Source of the DNA: a virus
Lineage: Duplodnaviria > Caudoviricetes
Length of the DNA stretch: 59,520 nt
Strand: one strand, 5' to 3'
IMG/VR virus record: IMGVR_UViG_3300022407_001199
Span: 1 to 59,520 of that record
Shown here: positions 36,101 through 46,280 of the stretch, one piece after another
Layout of the letters: each line of letters begins with the position of its first letter
How positions within the stretch are numbered: the first letter of the stretch is position 1
Program-made: the position numbers and the translations under genes
Notes under the pieces: generated by a model
Seen by the model: only the letters and a program-made list of their open reading frames with translations
Databases searched by the model: none
What the model was told of the DNA's origin: nothing

Positions 36101-39100
36101 TCTTCCTGAAGGGCGCTTGGCGCAATACGACCCCAAGACAGATACCGTACAGGTTACTAAGGCAGGGCTTACTGACAAGTCGCTCATGCATGAGCTTATC
36201 CATGCCGCGACCATCAAAGTCCTAGATGCCTATAAGAACAACTATAAGTCGCTTACAGAGGATCAGGTCGCTGCTGTAGAGCACCTACAGGCGATGATGG
36301 ATGAGGCTAAGACGACATTAGGTAATAAATACCCCAATGCGTTTGAAGACATCAAAGAGTTCTTATCGTACTCGCTGACGGATCACAAGCTGCAAGAAGA
36401 TTTGCAGAACCTTGAGTGGAGTTATGCTCAGCCAAGCAAGGGCAAGAGCGAAGCAGGTAAAAAGGCGGGTCCGACACCGTTGATAACGGATATTCTTCCC
36501 GAGTCAAAGAACCTCTGGACAAACTTCACCAAAGAAATCGCAAAGCTGCTTGGGCTCAATAAAGAGATCTTTAAGAAGGATAAGGTCGTCGGATCGAACG
36601 TGCTTATGGAGACGTTTGGGGCTTTTGAGCATTTGCTATCTGCTACCGAGGCCGGGATTAAACATCCCCCGCTCCCTGCTAGGAAGAATGCGCTTACGAT
36701 TGCGGCAAGAACCCCGGATGAGGTCATTGATCAGCCTATCATTGCTGGCAAGCCCACCCGAACGATACAGAGTATCCTCAATACCCCAAAGATCGGGGAG
36801 CATATAGTTACGCTGTTCCAGAACGCGCAACGCCCAATTAAGAACTTGCAAGAACGCTACGATAGGTTGGGGCTTATTAACCACGTTGGCCCTAATATCA
36901 ATAACGTCTGGACACAGATTACCGGGGCAAGTAGTAAAGCCCGCTATGTTTTTGATACGCAGTTGGAAGGGTTCAAGCAGAACATTGATCAGAGTGTTGT
37001 TGGCTTTGCCAAAGCCAATAAGATCAGTGTTGAGAAGGCACTCCAGACGGCGCACTACTATATGTTGGCGCGGCATGAGCCCGAACGTCGTTCAGTTCTG
37101 TATATGCTTACTGTTCCATTGGACTTTGTGAATAAGTCTGTGAAAATTGGGAGCAAGCTGTATACGCCTGAAGATGCTCGAAAAGCTATTTTGAAGAGCG
37201 TTATAGATCCACGCACAACTGATGCACAGGCAAAAGCCTACCGCACCCAGCTTGATAAGATCATTGACACTCATGCCACGAATGATGCCACTCGTACCAC
37301 CAAGTTCTTGAAGGACAAGGACGGTAATCCTAAGCCTATTGATGCGGCTATGGAAAAGCAGCTTTTTGATAAGACTTCAGATCGCTATCGGGTCGGGGGT
37401 ACGCTTACGCAAGAAGAGTTAAAGCTCATGCGTGAGAAGTTTGATAATGAGACCCCTGAGAACAAGGCGCGATTGAAAGAGATCGCGGGGCATATCAAAG
37501 ACTACCAAGATGAGACCGCCAATATAAACAAGGAAGCAAACTACTGGGCTCCGGGCGTATCTAACCTCATCTCTATGTACGGTTTCAAAAATTACATCCC
37601 GCTCAAGGGTAAGGGCGGCAAGGACGATTCTGATGTACGTACAGACCCGCGTAAGTTAGCTGGCGATCTGCAAGAAAAAGAAAACGCAATGGGTGGGCGT
37701 CACTCTGACTCCGACAATTCGGTCTTGCAAACTCTGGCCGATGGAGGCCGTGCTGCGGCTAGATTGGGGCGTAAAGACTTGACGTTCTCTATCAAGAACG
37801 CCGCGATTGACAACATCTTGAAGGCCGACCTAAAAGACGGAAAACTTGAGAGCATCAAGTTTGAGGATCGGATTAACAACCCTGATGTGATGGACGCCGC
37901 TAAGGGGCAAAAGGTGGTCTACCACTACGAGCCTGATGGATCCATTACGGTTATCAAGCTGCAAAATAATGCTGAAGCAGAAGCTATTCGTCGTACCTAT
38001 AGAGAAGCAAATCCTCTTCTAGACAAGTTGAATGCAGTCACGGGATTCATTGGACGCACCCACACTGCGTACAACCTAGCGTTCGGCCCCATGAACTTCG
38101 CCCGTGACGCGCTCACCAATTCTGGATTCTTGAGCGCACAGTTTGGCCCTGCTAAAGCAGCGCAGCTTGTTACTGAGGTTGCTCGTCAAGTTGGTTCAGG
38201 TGGATTACAGAAGGCATGGAAGGTGGCGAATCTGTTTGAAACAGGCCGTGCTAAGGAAGCCGAGAAGCTTGGGAATACGGATGAATTCATCAAAGATATG
38301 CTTGAGTACATGGTCAAAGGCCGTGTGTCTTATGCACAGGGTATCTCCACCAAAGGTCAACTCACCGAGATGGTTGGTGGGATAGGTAGAAATGGTGTAG
38401 TGAAAGATGTTGGGGCATTCTTCAACAACTACTCAGAAATGTTTGAGTTGGCTAACCGCACAGCTACATACAGAGTAATGAGGGATGTCTTCCTTAAGAA
38501 GAATCTGAAGGAGGGGATGCCCCGCGCAAAGGCTGAAGATGAGGCCAAAGTTCGGGCCGCTGAATACACTAAGAACCTAGCAAACTTTGAGCAAGTTGGG
38601 CAGTATGGCAAGGCGCTGGGCGCAGTGTTTATGTTCTTCCGCCCTGCTGCTACTGGTGCTGTGCGAGCCATTGATGCACTATCCCCTGCGTTCCAAAGCG
38701 CAAAAGATATCGAGACCAAGATCCGTGCACAGGCTACTGGCACTAAAGCTACAGAGGCGCAGATCCTCAAGGCTATCAAGGAAGCCAAGGGAGTTCAGGT
38801 CAATGCCCGTGTCACCACTGCTGCGTTGATGGGCATGGGCGCGGCTACGTATCAAATTGCCCTTATGCTGTCTGGTGAAGACGACAAGCAACGCAACAAA
38901 GTGGAGACGGATGATCCGTCCCGCTGGAGTCGTTATGCGCGTTTCTTCCTCCCCGGAATGACTAACGCCGTACAGGTTCCTTGGCCGTATGGTTTGGGAG
39001 CATTTGCTTCGGCTGGCGCTCAAATTTCAATGATGGCCTCGGGCACGGCTTCGTTGAAGGAAGGGCTAGGAAACATTGCGGTGCTAGGGCTGGACAACTT

Positions 39101-39833
39101 CTTGCCAATACCTATTTCCAAGATGAACCCACTGGATAGCCCTCTGGCGTTTGCTCTCGACTCCGTTGCTCCATCACCAATCAAGCCGTTCCTTGAGTAC
39201 GTGATGAATAAGAACAGCATGGGTAATGCGATCTACAACAATCGCCAGAACCGTGCAAGTAATGCGTATACGGGAGGGGACAACATCCCTCAGATTTATA
39301 AATCTACATCTACGTGGCTTTACGACATAACTAAGGGCGGTGTTGATATCACCCCCAACGTGCTGTATTTCTTCGCCAATAACTACATGGACGGTATCGC
39401 GCAGATCGTTTCGGCAGGTACAAACTTGGGGTTGATGGCAGGGGGTAAGATGGAATTTGACGCAAAGAAAACCGTCCTCCCAATCGCCAGCTTTATCGGT
39501 ACGCCATCGAACTATGACTCACGTAAGTTCTCTGAAGCAGAGCAGAAGGTGATGGCTATCAAGTCACGTATGGACGGGCTGAAGGCTGATCCCAAGAGGC
39601 TTGCTGCCTACATTGAGGATCACCCTGAGTACCCCGGTCTTGTGCATTACTATGAGCAGCAGACTGGTGGCCCGCTCAGGACTATCCGTGCAGCCATGAA
39701 CAAAGTTCGTGAAGATCGTAGTATGAGCATAAAAGAGAAGGCCGCTCGATTGAAAGAGATGCAGCCCATCCAAGATACGATGAAACAAAATGCGCTTATG
39801 GGCATGAAAGCTATTAGCGAAAATCAGCTTTAA
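33123..39833 (+). CDS. Giant polyvalent ejection protein with zincin-like motif and LPD38-like C-terminus
   Basis: 2236 aa; hydrophobic N-terminal region; AQYDP...LMHELIHA; NFEQVG...FMFFRPA and VPWPYG segments. Confidence 0.75.
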   Translation: MAKYFPLPNGKYVKIPDSMSYEDAADRAQREFPDLYGPATAAPGVEAPESGFVPSARASFAEMQGSGALLAGRMGLMDTKAAADYNKQKREFQEKIFKPTEDWGVTKVAETFGGAVPYLAAPLAIAAGPELGLIGGGTALALQALVAYAPNAASNIAKQVETGTPLEKTNLGGALATAIPQTALDFGAARMLPGVRGLLGSKGIKLTEEEAKKVAEQALRKTVVDYSVATGKAMTEVGIAMAGKEALTRLQAGLNLTDEEARKDYLETFLGGAVFGGVVGPYGHMREKRAAIQSAKAEGEALRAKQAEALTTEGKEETPVVVGDKAEATPEELSELMDPYAEIESATEVATSAADGTLPPPTGESVGVASESVAGTAPGGVEGVESTGVGAPESAVGGAGAGEGNLPPPLTNELTQTAKNLLKAVDRGGIPTELTDGLKKIAADNGVEVTDTDTAVSVVAKIRAKAEIKPEEAKPEVKPEEVKPEVKPEEVKPEAVSEVARLEKEIADLKDNLDDFFGNETAEQLRDMRTNLAALEQKLAVLKGKPEEVKPAEGATTTEAPATKTPFARDAFAAPITTPKQEAPQPVEPKQAKLLGDIERLGNLDKDGMQLLAVNANLLNIKKKKGESNEVFRDRVVTAMKLEAEIARPQVGGEGKPLSAVTPEVIAEQDLQKKPLQIPKEQQDLYEETRQHYNENVAESEQQHLPEFSKLTPHQKVLYFRDRISENTQAEHDKAAAALSEHVETGRSASEDAVRAAIREATEAGKSEPEIKAAGEAAKKAALAEHEARDSYSRNRVMESRAENLSYSFPNWGDLSQASRDLYTKHNTNDSALSQRKAFEEVRKQHELEKAEKLKAAEKEHNETEADRQAEIKAAAENKKAESERPKVEVSDDTAKKLGWDTEQKESTPEGQAEVAARNAAFDAENKARNERLKKAEAGEKSIPEGITELIKKGDMQGVLNYLRKASPNYLYRAIAEQLHKTGINSKIELVESLPEGRLAQYDPKTDTVQVTKAGLTDKSLMHELIHAATIKVLDAYKNNYKSLTEDQVAAVEHLQAMMDEAKTTLGNKYPNAFEDIKEFLSYSLTDHKLQEDLQNLEWSYAQPSKGKSEAGKKAGPTPLITDILPESKNLWTNFTKEIAKLLGLNKEIFKKDKVVGSNVLMETFGAFEHLLSATEAGIKHPPLPARKNALTIAARTPDEVIDQPIIAGKPTRTIQSILNTPKIGEHIVTLFQNAQRPIKNLQERYDRLGLINHVGPNINNVWTQITGASSKARYVFDTQLEGFKQNIDQSVVGFAKANKISVEKALQTAHYYMLARHEPERRSVLYMLTVPLDFVNKSVKIGSKLYTPEDARKAILKSVIDPRTTDAQAKAYRTQLDKIIDTHATNDATRTTKFLKDKDGNPKPIDAAMEKQLFDKTSDRYRVGGTLTQEELKLMREKFDNETPENKARLKEIAGHIKDYQDETANINKEANYWAPGVSNLISMYGFKNYIPLKGKGGKDDSDVRTDPRKLAGDLQEKENAMGGRHSDSDNSVLQTLADGGRAAARLGRKDLTFSIKNAAIDNILKADLKDGKLESIKFEDRINNPDVMDAAKGQKVVYHYEPDGSITVIKLQNNAEAEAIRRTYREANPLLDKLNAVTGFIGRTHTAYNLAFGPMNFARDALTNSGFLSAQFGPAKAAQLVTEVARQVGSGGLQKAWKVANLFETGRAKEAEKLGNTDEFIKDMLEYMVKGRVSYAQGISTKGQLTEMVGGIGRNGVVKDVGAFFNNYSEMFELANRTATYRVMRDVFLKKNLKEGMPRAKAEDEAKVRAAEYTKNLANFEQVGQYGKALGAVFMFFRPAATGAVRAIDALSPAFQSAKDIETKIRAQATGTKATEAQILKAIKEAKGVQVNARVTTAALMGMGAATYQIALMLSGEDDKQRNKVETDDPSRWSRYARFFLPGMTNAVQVPWPYGLGAFASAGAQISMMASGTASLKEGLGNIAVLGLDNFLPIPISKMNPLDSPLAFALDSVAPSPIKPFLEYVMNKNSMGNAIYNNRQNRASNAYTGGDNIPQIYKSTSTWLYDITKGGVDITPNVLYFFANNYMDGIAQIVSAGTNLGLMAGGKMEFDAKKTVLPIASFIGTPSNYDSRKFSEAEQKVMAIKSRMDGLKADPKRLAAYIEDHPEYPGLVHYYEQQTGGPLRTIRAAMNKVREDRSMSIKEKAARLKEMQPIQDTMKQNALMGMKAISENQL
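34524..34605 (+). repeat. Coding tandem repeat (KPEEVKPEV)
   Basis: ~27-bp unit gttaagccagaggaagttaagcccgaa, about three copies. Confidence 0.85.
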
Positions 39834-40042
39834 CGTATCTTCCATGCACGGACGCCAAGCACCCCCTTCTCAGTCATTATGTAGGCTTTGACTTTGGTTT
39901 GGGCTCGCTTGGCTCCGTCCTCTATGGCGTTGATCATGTAGGCGGGTTTCATTGTGGGGATGAAAAAACTCTCCCCCACATCCATTACCTCAAATGGAAA
40001 GATCCATACTGGCTCGTCAAGCGGCGATTGCGGCTGGCTCAT
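39830..40042 (-). CDS. Small hypothetical protein, 70 aa
   Basis: FPFEVMDVGESFFIP...GVRAWK pattern common in phages; last gene of the - arm. Confidence 0.75.
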   Translation of the reverse strand: MSQPQSPLDEPVWIFPFEVMDVGESFFIPTMKPAYMINAIEDGAKRAQTKVKAYIMTEKGVLGVRAWKIR

Positions 40043-42893
40043 TGATCGTCCCGATAAAGTCTTCAGCGTTCATCTTGAACACGTAGGCATTGATGTTGGT
40101 GGAACTCAAGCCCGCTTTCCAGCCCCCCGCCATCTTCTTCTTGATCCTATCCTTGCCAGCATGGGCGGATAGCAGACCTCGACGCTTCATGTCATCCTCA
40201 AAGGCATGGATAGAGATTTGTTTCTCTGATAGAAATGTCTTGAGTGCGGAGCTTGATACGAAGGCGTTGCAGGTCTTTTCAGACTCATCGGTCTCAACCT
40301 CAACCCTGACCAGCAGGTTTCCGAATGGCTCATGCGTGACCCGACCATCTTGGATGACTAGCGTATCCCTGATGTGCTTATCCATGAATTCGCCAAGCAA
40401 GACGGTAGGATCCATCTTGTTCTTCTCTCGGTTGTCAGAGATCGTGTTGAGATTCTTCAACAACACGCTACCGATCCGGGCCATTTCGTAGTCAACGATC
40501 CCCGCCATCCTGCAAAATCGCTCAGCGGCAAAGATCACAGCCCCAAACCAGATCAAGAACCGGAATTCGCTCTTGCCAGTGAACTGCGACATAACCTTAT
40601 CGTATTCTTCAGAGATGATGTCGCTAACCTTCTGAGGCCCAAGCTCCATGAGCTTCTGTATGTAGATCGGGCCAGCATGACCGTGGTTGAAGTTGAATGC
40701 ATCAAACACTTCCTTACCTAACGCTTCCGTAAGGGTGGAAGGCTTATCTACGTAGACCTCAAAGATCCGCATATCCTCAGCAGAGGCATCGGACTTGAAC
40801 TGCTGGACCTTGTCCTTGATCGACTGGTTCAATGTGGCGATACAGATCAAATGGGTAAGGTACTCCTGATTGCGCTCGGAGTTGGTCGATGCTTGCATCC
40901 GTAGCTTTGATCGGCCAGCGGAAACTTTGTAGGCTAGGTCAGAGGCAGTCTTTGGAGCCATATTCGACTGCTCATCCAACCCAAGCGGTAGGTTCTTCAG
41001 CGTGACCATACGCTGAATCAGGCTGTTGTCTGTGGCATCGTTCAGTGCCAACGGAGCGGGCTCCCCCCAAATGCTCAGTGCCCCATACAACGCACCCGTC
41101 TTAGCGCATCCTGTTGCGCCCAGTACAGAGAAGATGATCCCGTTGACGCTAGTGAACTCAATCAAGGGTGAAGCAAACCCCGCCAGCAGAACCAACGCAT
41201 GAAGCTCGAACTCAGGGGCATTCAATGCCTGTGCTGACTGCTGCCACCGCTCGTAAGTACCTTTGACAGTTAGGTACTTTGTGATATTCCTAGACATTGG
41301 CGAGGGGGGTGACGCATGGCATTTTCCATTTGAGTACTCATTTGCGCCCAGTACGAATGATTGGTGTCCTTCTGTCCATCCTTGTTGCATATGCATTACC
41401 TCCGCTTTTTCTGTGTTGATAAGGAAACTGCTCCACTTCATAATGTATGAAGCAAGGCGGTTGATCTTTGCAGGTTCAAAAACTACGCCATTACTGGCTA
41501 GCGCCGCCTTCAGCTTCTCGTATGCTGCTACATCCTTGAGAGGCAACATAAAGTTGCGTATAGCATCTCTGGGTAAGACTAGGCGCATCATCAAGCACTC
41601 GCCATCGTAGGGACTGAACATCCGCTGCGTTGGATACAGATCATGCTGCATCAGTAGCTCGGGATCGTCCTGAATCACCTTACCGTCTTTAGTCGTTCGC
41701 TTAGGTGGGATGTAGTAGATGCCGCCATTCTGCCCACGAGCGTATGGCAATAGATAGTCTGGGAATACTTGTGAATACGGGGCTACCGTAGGGGCTTCCG
41801 TTTCATCTACTTCGGGCTCCTCTACAGCAACCGCAATACGTAGAGTCTTCCCCAGCGAGATCGGCCCCATCTTCCCGAACTTCATCCGGTGTGGGCATCC
41901 TTTGCATCCAGCGGGGTTGATGGACTCAAAAGCCTCGCAGCTATGTGCCCCTGTAGCATTCTCTAGTGACTGGTTCGCTTTGCGCTCGGTGTCGGTAAAG
42001 CTGTATCCCGGATAGTCCTCAGATAGCTTGTGGACCGCCTCCATGCCTTCCGTACACCGAACCGCAACCGACATGGCGGCATACCACTGGGGCTCGGGCA
42101 GCGTTGCAGCATTGATGACAGCATCTTTGATCTGATTACACCCGACATCTTCAAGACTTTTCTCGACGATGCTGTAGAAGCTGAACTCGAAGTTCTTGCG
42201 CTGCTCGTCCCAAATCCTTTTCGTTTCTTCATCAACACCTTGCTCAGCGGACGCAAAGATCTGCGATAGATCACTGATAGGGCTTTCTTCAGGTTCGCCA
42301 AGCGCCCCGAGTAGGCGTTCGATTGGGCTAGTAAAAACTTCAGTTAGAAGAATCGAAGGGGAAGGTGGGTCATACCTGTAGTTGAGCGTTCCCGGTACAC
42401 GCATCAGTCGCGCTGAGTCTGCGGGAACACATTCGTCGATGATCATGCCGTGCTCAAGGCACAGTGCCTTAAAGCGTTCAGCGTATGCGGTCCACTCTTT
42501 ACTGGACAGATCTTCGTCAAAGATCCAGTAGGCATGGATGCCGCCACCCGAATCCACTAGCGTAGGCGCGGGCCAATCAATCTCAGTACAGAACCGCTCG
42601 GTGTCAGCTATCGCAGCTTCTTTGCTGATATAAACACTCTTGCCATGCATATAGTCAAGGTCAAGGAAGAATGACCTAACTGCTACGCAGTCCTTTTGTG
42701 TACGCCTAGACCCCTCATAGGATCCCGGCGTGAAATAGATATTAACTTCTTTGGTGAGAAAGCTATTGATCTGAGCTAGTAGCTCATCGACAGTTTCAGG
42801 GAATCGGGGGGAGATCTGTCCTGTTTTGCTTATAGACGCTACGCACAGAACCCCCTGACTAGGCAGGATTTTTTCAAAGAATAGTTCATTCAT
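40017..42893 (-). CDS. Primase-helicase fusion (AEP/RepB-like primase plus DUF927-type P-loop domain)
   Basis: FFLDLD, DSGGGIHAYW, RLMRVPGT; Cys cluster; Walker A-like GATGCAKT; Walker B LGLDE. Confidence 0.85.
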   Translation of the reverse strand: MNELFFEKILPSQGVLCVASISKTGQISPRFPETVDELLAQINSFLTKEVNIYFTPGSYEGSRRTQKDCVAVRSFFLDLDYMHGKSVYISKEAAIADTERFCTEIDWPAPTLVDSGGGIHAYWIFDEDLSSKEWTAYAERFKALCLEHGMIIDECVPADSARLMRVPGTLNYRYDPPSPSILLTEVFTSPIERLLGALGEPEESPISDLSQIFASAEQGVDEETKRIWDEQRKNFEFSFYSIVEKSLEDVGCNQIKDAVINAATLPEPQWYAAMSVAVRCTEGMEAVHKLSEDYPGYSFTDTERKANQSLENATGAHSCEAFESINPAGCKGCPHRMKFGKMGPISLGKTLRIAVAVEEPEVDETEAPTVAPYSQVFPDYLLPYARGQNGGIYYIPPKRTTKDGKVIQDDPELLMQHDLYPTQRMFSPYDGECLMMRLVLPRDAIRNFMLPLKDVAAYEKLKAALASNGVVFEPAKINRLASYIMKWSSFLINTEKAEVMHMQQGWTEGHQSFVLGANEYSNGKCHASPPSPMSRNITKYLTVKGTYERWQQSAQALNAPEFELHALVLLAGFASPLIEFTSVNGIIFSVLGATGCAKTGALYGALSIWGEPAPLALNDATDNSLIQRMVTLKNLPLGLDEQSNMAPKTASDLAYKVSAGRSKLRMQASTNSERNQEYLTHLICIATLNQSIKDKVQQFKSDASAEDMRIFEVYVDKPSTLTEALGKEVFDAFNFNHGHAGPIYIQKLMELGPQKVSDIISEEYDKVMSQFTGKSEFRFLIWFGAVIFAAERFCRMAGIVDYEMARIGSVLLKNLNTISDNREKNKMDPTVLLGEFMDKHIRDTLVIQDGRVTHEPFGNLLVRVEVETDESEKTCNAFVSSSALKTFLSEKQISIHAFEDDMKRRGLLSAHAGKDRIKKKMAGGWKAGLSSTNINAYVFKMNAEDFIGTINEPAAIAA

Positions 42894-42908
42894 AGTCGCA
42901 GAGACAAG

Positions 42909-42933
42909 AAAGGCGAGGTTGCCCTCGCCTTTT
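42909..42933. terminator. Intergenic hairpin, possibly a bidirectional terminator
   Basis: aaaggcgagg-ttgc-cctcgccttt. Confidence 0.65.
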
Positions 42934-42953
42934 AGACCTACAAGATGAGCAGG

Positions 42954-43364
42954 TTACTGCTCTTCGGATACCGCCTCATCACGGGCGGCTTCTCTGCCTT
43001 TGGTCAAGTCATATAGCATTTCTGCTGTGACACCGGGGCTACCTTCTGGTGCATCAAGAGGCATCGACTTGAATTGCTGAAGATATATTTTGGCTTTCAG
43101 GAGGTTCTGTGCCGGGAGCTTAGCCTCCTTGTAGTCATCTTCAAAATGATCCATCAACTTATGGACTAGATCATGGTGCTTGCTCTTGATGGGTTTGCCA
43201 GCAAACCACAGGTCGATAGCATTGCGGGTCAGACCAAACAACTGAGCCACGTAGGTGAGTGGCAGGTTGGACTTCAGTACAGCCTTACCAAACTGTTGCC
43301 CAAGATTGTTACCCTCATAAGCCATGATCTTGTCGGCTTTTTCTTTGTTGTATCGGCGGGCCAT
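42954..43364 (-). CDS. Putative HTH DNA-binding protein
   Basis: LTYVAQLFGLTRNAIDLWFAG. Confidence 0.7.
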   Translation of the reverse strand: MARRYNKEKADKIMAYEGNNLGQQFGKAVLKSNLPLTYVAQLFGLTRNAIDLWFAGKPIKSKHHDLVHKLMDHFEDDYKEAKLPAQNLLKAKIYLQQFKSMPLDAPEGSPGVTAEMLYDLTKGREAARDEAVSEEQ

Positions 43365-43366
43365 GA

Positions 43367-44212
43367 TTAGTTCTTTCCGGGCTTAGCCCATTTTTTAATG
43401 ACATCTGAAGCATCGCCAGTCGGCGGGGATTCAGTAGTGCGTGTGCCTTCTCTGCGGGTTGGTTGTGCTGGGGCGTCACCTTCCTCGTCGCCACCATCAG
43501 TCTTGAAGACTGTCAACTTGATAGCGTTCTCAGCCGCGAGGGTCTTGCCTTGACGCTTGATCGCCTCACGGAAGTGAACAGGTACAGCCTCTACAGGAGC
43601 AAACAACAACCGAGGGGTGCTCGAATTGGTATCAAACTCCATTTTGGTGACGACACTACCCGCACTCACGTTGTTTCCTGCAAGCATCTGCATATAGGGG
43701 CGGAAAGGCCACTGACCGTTTTCTTCCTTACCAAAAGAGCTAGTCGCAGGGAGGACAAGCTGATAGACATCTCCCTCTGGGTCATTAGCGAGAACCACCG
43801 CCGTGCGCCATGACAGCTTACAGGCAGTTCCCAAGCCGCCCTGACCGGAACCCTTGACGGAGTTCGGGCAGTCATTGCAGCTTGAAGCGGCTGGCGATTC
43901 TACCTCTGGGCTAGGCGTCTTGGAATCACTAGACCAGCAAACGGGGGAAGTTTTTGTTCCCTCTTTCCATGCAGACGCATAGAACGTGCGTGAGGCTTCG
44001 TGGGCCAGCTTCACAAAGATCACATTCATGGAGATGTCTTTGTTTACCGATTGCTCCTTACCGGAGACAAACTTACGGAAGACACGCCCCTTGATGCTGA
44101 TCCGCTTACTGCCCGTTGCGCCAGCGCCAGCTACTGCAAGAGTGTCGGCATCCAACCCCGTCTCGACGATGGAAGGAAGACCTTGGATGATTTTTTGGAG
44201 TTCGTTGCTCAT
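43367..44212 (-). CDS. Putative ssDNA-binding/annealing protein
   Basis: Cys motif (CWS...CNDCP...GTAC), flexible acidic C-terminal region, replication-module position. Confidence 0.55.
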   Translation of the reverse strand: MSNELQKIIQGLPSIVETGLDADTLAVAGAGATGSKRISIKGRVFRKFVSGKEQSVNKDISMNVIFVKLAHEASRTFYASAWKEGTKTSPVCWSSDSKTPSPEVESPAASSCNDCPNSVKGSGQGGLGTACKLSWRTAVVLANDPEGDVYQLVLPATSSFGKEENGQWPFRPYMQMLAGNNVSAGSVVTKMEFDTNSSTPRLLFAPVEAVPVHFREAIKRQGKTLAAENAIKLTVFKTDGGDEEGDAPAQPTRREGTRTTESPPTGDASDVIKKWAKPGKN

Positions 44213-44225
44213 ATATTCCTACTGA

Positions 44226-44636
44226 TTAAACTGTTTCGACGGGGGTAGAAGACTTACGCACTACGATATCAAACTCACGCAGTACATTCACACCGGGGGG
44301 CAGACCGTCAGCTTGCCTCTCAGCTACGAATTCCTTGAAATTACGTTGATGGATCCGCCGCTCCAGCAGATCAAATCCGTCCACTTCCGCTAGGAACTTC
44401 TTGAAGTTGTCCCAGTCGGTGCAGAAGAACCGCTCCTTAAGCGAGCGCGTGACCGTCCCGAAGGTGGTCTTCAACCCGTTGACATTCATGTCGTTGCAGA
44501 TAGCCAGCAATGCGGTCTCCACAGCGGCAAGGTCTTGCTTAAGCGCGTCGTCATCTGACTCATACTTAATTCTTAGGTCATCACGCTTGTTGCGGATGGT
44601 CAGGTAGGTTCTCACTAGGCTTTCTGTATCACTCAT
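44226..44636 (-). CDS. Conserved-type phage protein, 136 aa
   Basis: Coiled coil then KTTFGT...DWDNF...LLERRI...LPPGV. Confidence 0.7.
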   Translation of the reverse strand: MSDTESLVRTYLTIRNKRDDLRIKYESDDDALKQDLAAVETALLAICNDMNVNGLKTTFGTVTRSLKERFFCTDWDNFKKFLAEVDGFDLLERRIHQRNFKEFVAERQADGLPPGVNVLREFDIVVRKSSTPVETV

Positions 44637-44640
44637 TTTC

Positions 44641-46215
44641 TCACTCCTCTAGTTCTTCACGGTAAAGGTCAACTAGTCTTTCATGGGTTTCTACTTTGCT
44701 TTGCAGCATCGTGTAGACCCTTCTTTCCACCTCTGACCCTTGAAGGTGGATGACTGTCATCTTGTTCACTTGCCCGACTCTATCTATACGGGCGATGCAC
44801 TGTAGGTACGTTTCTACTGACATGACTGGCGACCAGAAGATCACCGTATCTGCTTTCGTTAACGTAACTCCATGCGATGCAGCTTGCGGCTGAATCACTA
44901 GGACTTTTAGATCGCTGTCTTTCTGAAACAGATCGAAGATTGCTGCTCGGTTGCTTGCGGACACATCCCCTTGGATTACGGCATTGATGATCTTCTCTTT
45001 GGTCAGAAACTCTGTAACTACCGTAATTGTATGCGAATACGGCACAAAGATGAGAACTTTATTGCTCGTCTCTTCAATTACTTCCTTAAGGACGTTGAGC
45101 CTTGGAGAGACATCGAACTCAATTACATTCTTATCGTTTGTGTAGACTGCCCCACCAGAGATCTGCAACAGCTTGTTGAGTGCCGCCGCTGCATTGACTG
45201 TGCTGATCGTCTCACCAGCGGCTTCAATCATCATCTCCTTCTTAAGCTCTTTATAGTACCTATCCGCCTGTGCCGTAAGAGGGATTTCCCTAGTCTGGTA
45301 CGTGACTTCTGGTAGATCTAGGCAGTCAGCTTTCTCGTATCGGATCGCTGGCTGAAGTGCTTCAAAGACGATGTCACGGGCATTGGGGCGCGGCTTCCAC
45401 ACAAAGCGGGAGTACTGCTGCATCACCTTCTCTTGCCATGAGGACATCCTGCGAGGAACTCTGTCGGGGCCAATGATCTTCGCCAACCCATAAGCATCCA
45501 TCGGACTCTGCGCCGCAGGAGTACCCGTCATCATCCATACGTAGGTATCGCAGGAGATCAACTTCGATAGCGTCTTCCATCGCTTTGTCGTAGGGTTCTT
45601 ATATGCATTGCACTCATCTACGATGATGAGGTCAAAACCGCTCTTAGCTATCTCGTCAGCGACGGTGGCAACGCCATCAAAGTTGATGATCACAAAGTCG
45701 TAGATCCCTTTGATCATCTTGATGCGGCGCTCAGCAGAGCCGTGAGCGACTGCGCTTGTCCTGTGCATCGCTATCTTGAATAGATCTGCTTGCCACGCTG
45801 ACTGCATGATAGACATCGGGCAGATGACCAAACAACGCTTCACCAAGCCCTGATTCATTAAGTAGTCAGCAGCCCAGATCGCGGCTGAAGTCTTGCCTGT
45901 ACCCGCCTCATTGAAGCAAAAAGCGCGCTTGTAGAGGGAGAGAAAACGTGCAGTGTCCCGCTGGTGGTCAAACGGGGTGAACATCCCCGGCCAACCGTAG
46001 TCCCTAGTAATAGGGGAGGGGATCTTTAGATGCGAGGGGGCAATCTGCGCGAGACTTTGCATCTCTTTGATGCCCCAATAGATCAGCAACTCTGATTCGT
46101 TGCTACCTCTTGGCCCAAGGACTTCACTCTTAGGTATGCACTGCGTTGCGGCATTGGCGAAGTCGGTTGGGCAGATCAAGCGCACGGCCTGATCCTGAAC
46201 TATTTCTACTGTCAT
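44641..46215 (-). CDS. SNF2-family (SF2) helicase
   Basis: EAGTGKT, IVDEC, MTGTP, HGVTLT, QCIARIDRVGQ. Confidence 0.92.
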   Translation of the reverse strand: MTVEIVQDQAVRLICPTDFANAATQCIPKSEVLGPRGSNESELLIYWGIKEMQSLAQIAPSHLKIPSPITRDYGWPGMFTPFDHQRDTARFLSLYKRAFCFNEAGTGKTSAAIWAADYLMNQGLVKRCLVICPMSIMQSAWQADLFKIAMHRTSAVAHGSAERRIKMIKGIYDFVIINFDGVATVADEIAKSGFDLIIVDECNAYKNPTTKRWKTLSKLISCDTYVWMMTGTPAAQSPMDAYGLAKIIGPDRVPRRMSSWQEKVMQQYSRFVWKPRPNARDIVFEALQPAIRYEKADCLDLPEVTYQTREIPLTAQADRYYKELKKEMMIEAAGETISTVNAAAALNKLLQISGGAVYTNDKNVIEFDVSPRLNVLKEVIEETSNKVLIFVPYSHTITVVTEFLTKEKIINAVIQGDVSASNRAAIFDLFQKDSDLKVLVIQPQAASHGVTLTKADTVIFWSPVMSVETYLQCIARIDRVGQVNKMTVIHLQGSEVERRVYTMLQSKVETHERLVDLYREELEE

Positions 46216-46280
46216 AGACTGCTTTCGTACTGTGGGCTTACGCCCGTTTGACTTAACTGTATGGCACTGACGTTAGGCTG

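Noticed and set aside
46216-46280. Twister-ribozyme-like words (CCUAAC...UAAGCCC) on the - strand
   Set aside because: The pseudoknot partners and closing P1 stem could not be found; better explained as a GNRA hairpin
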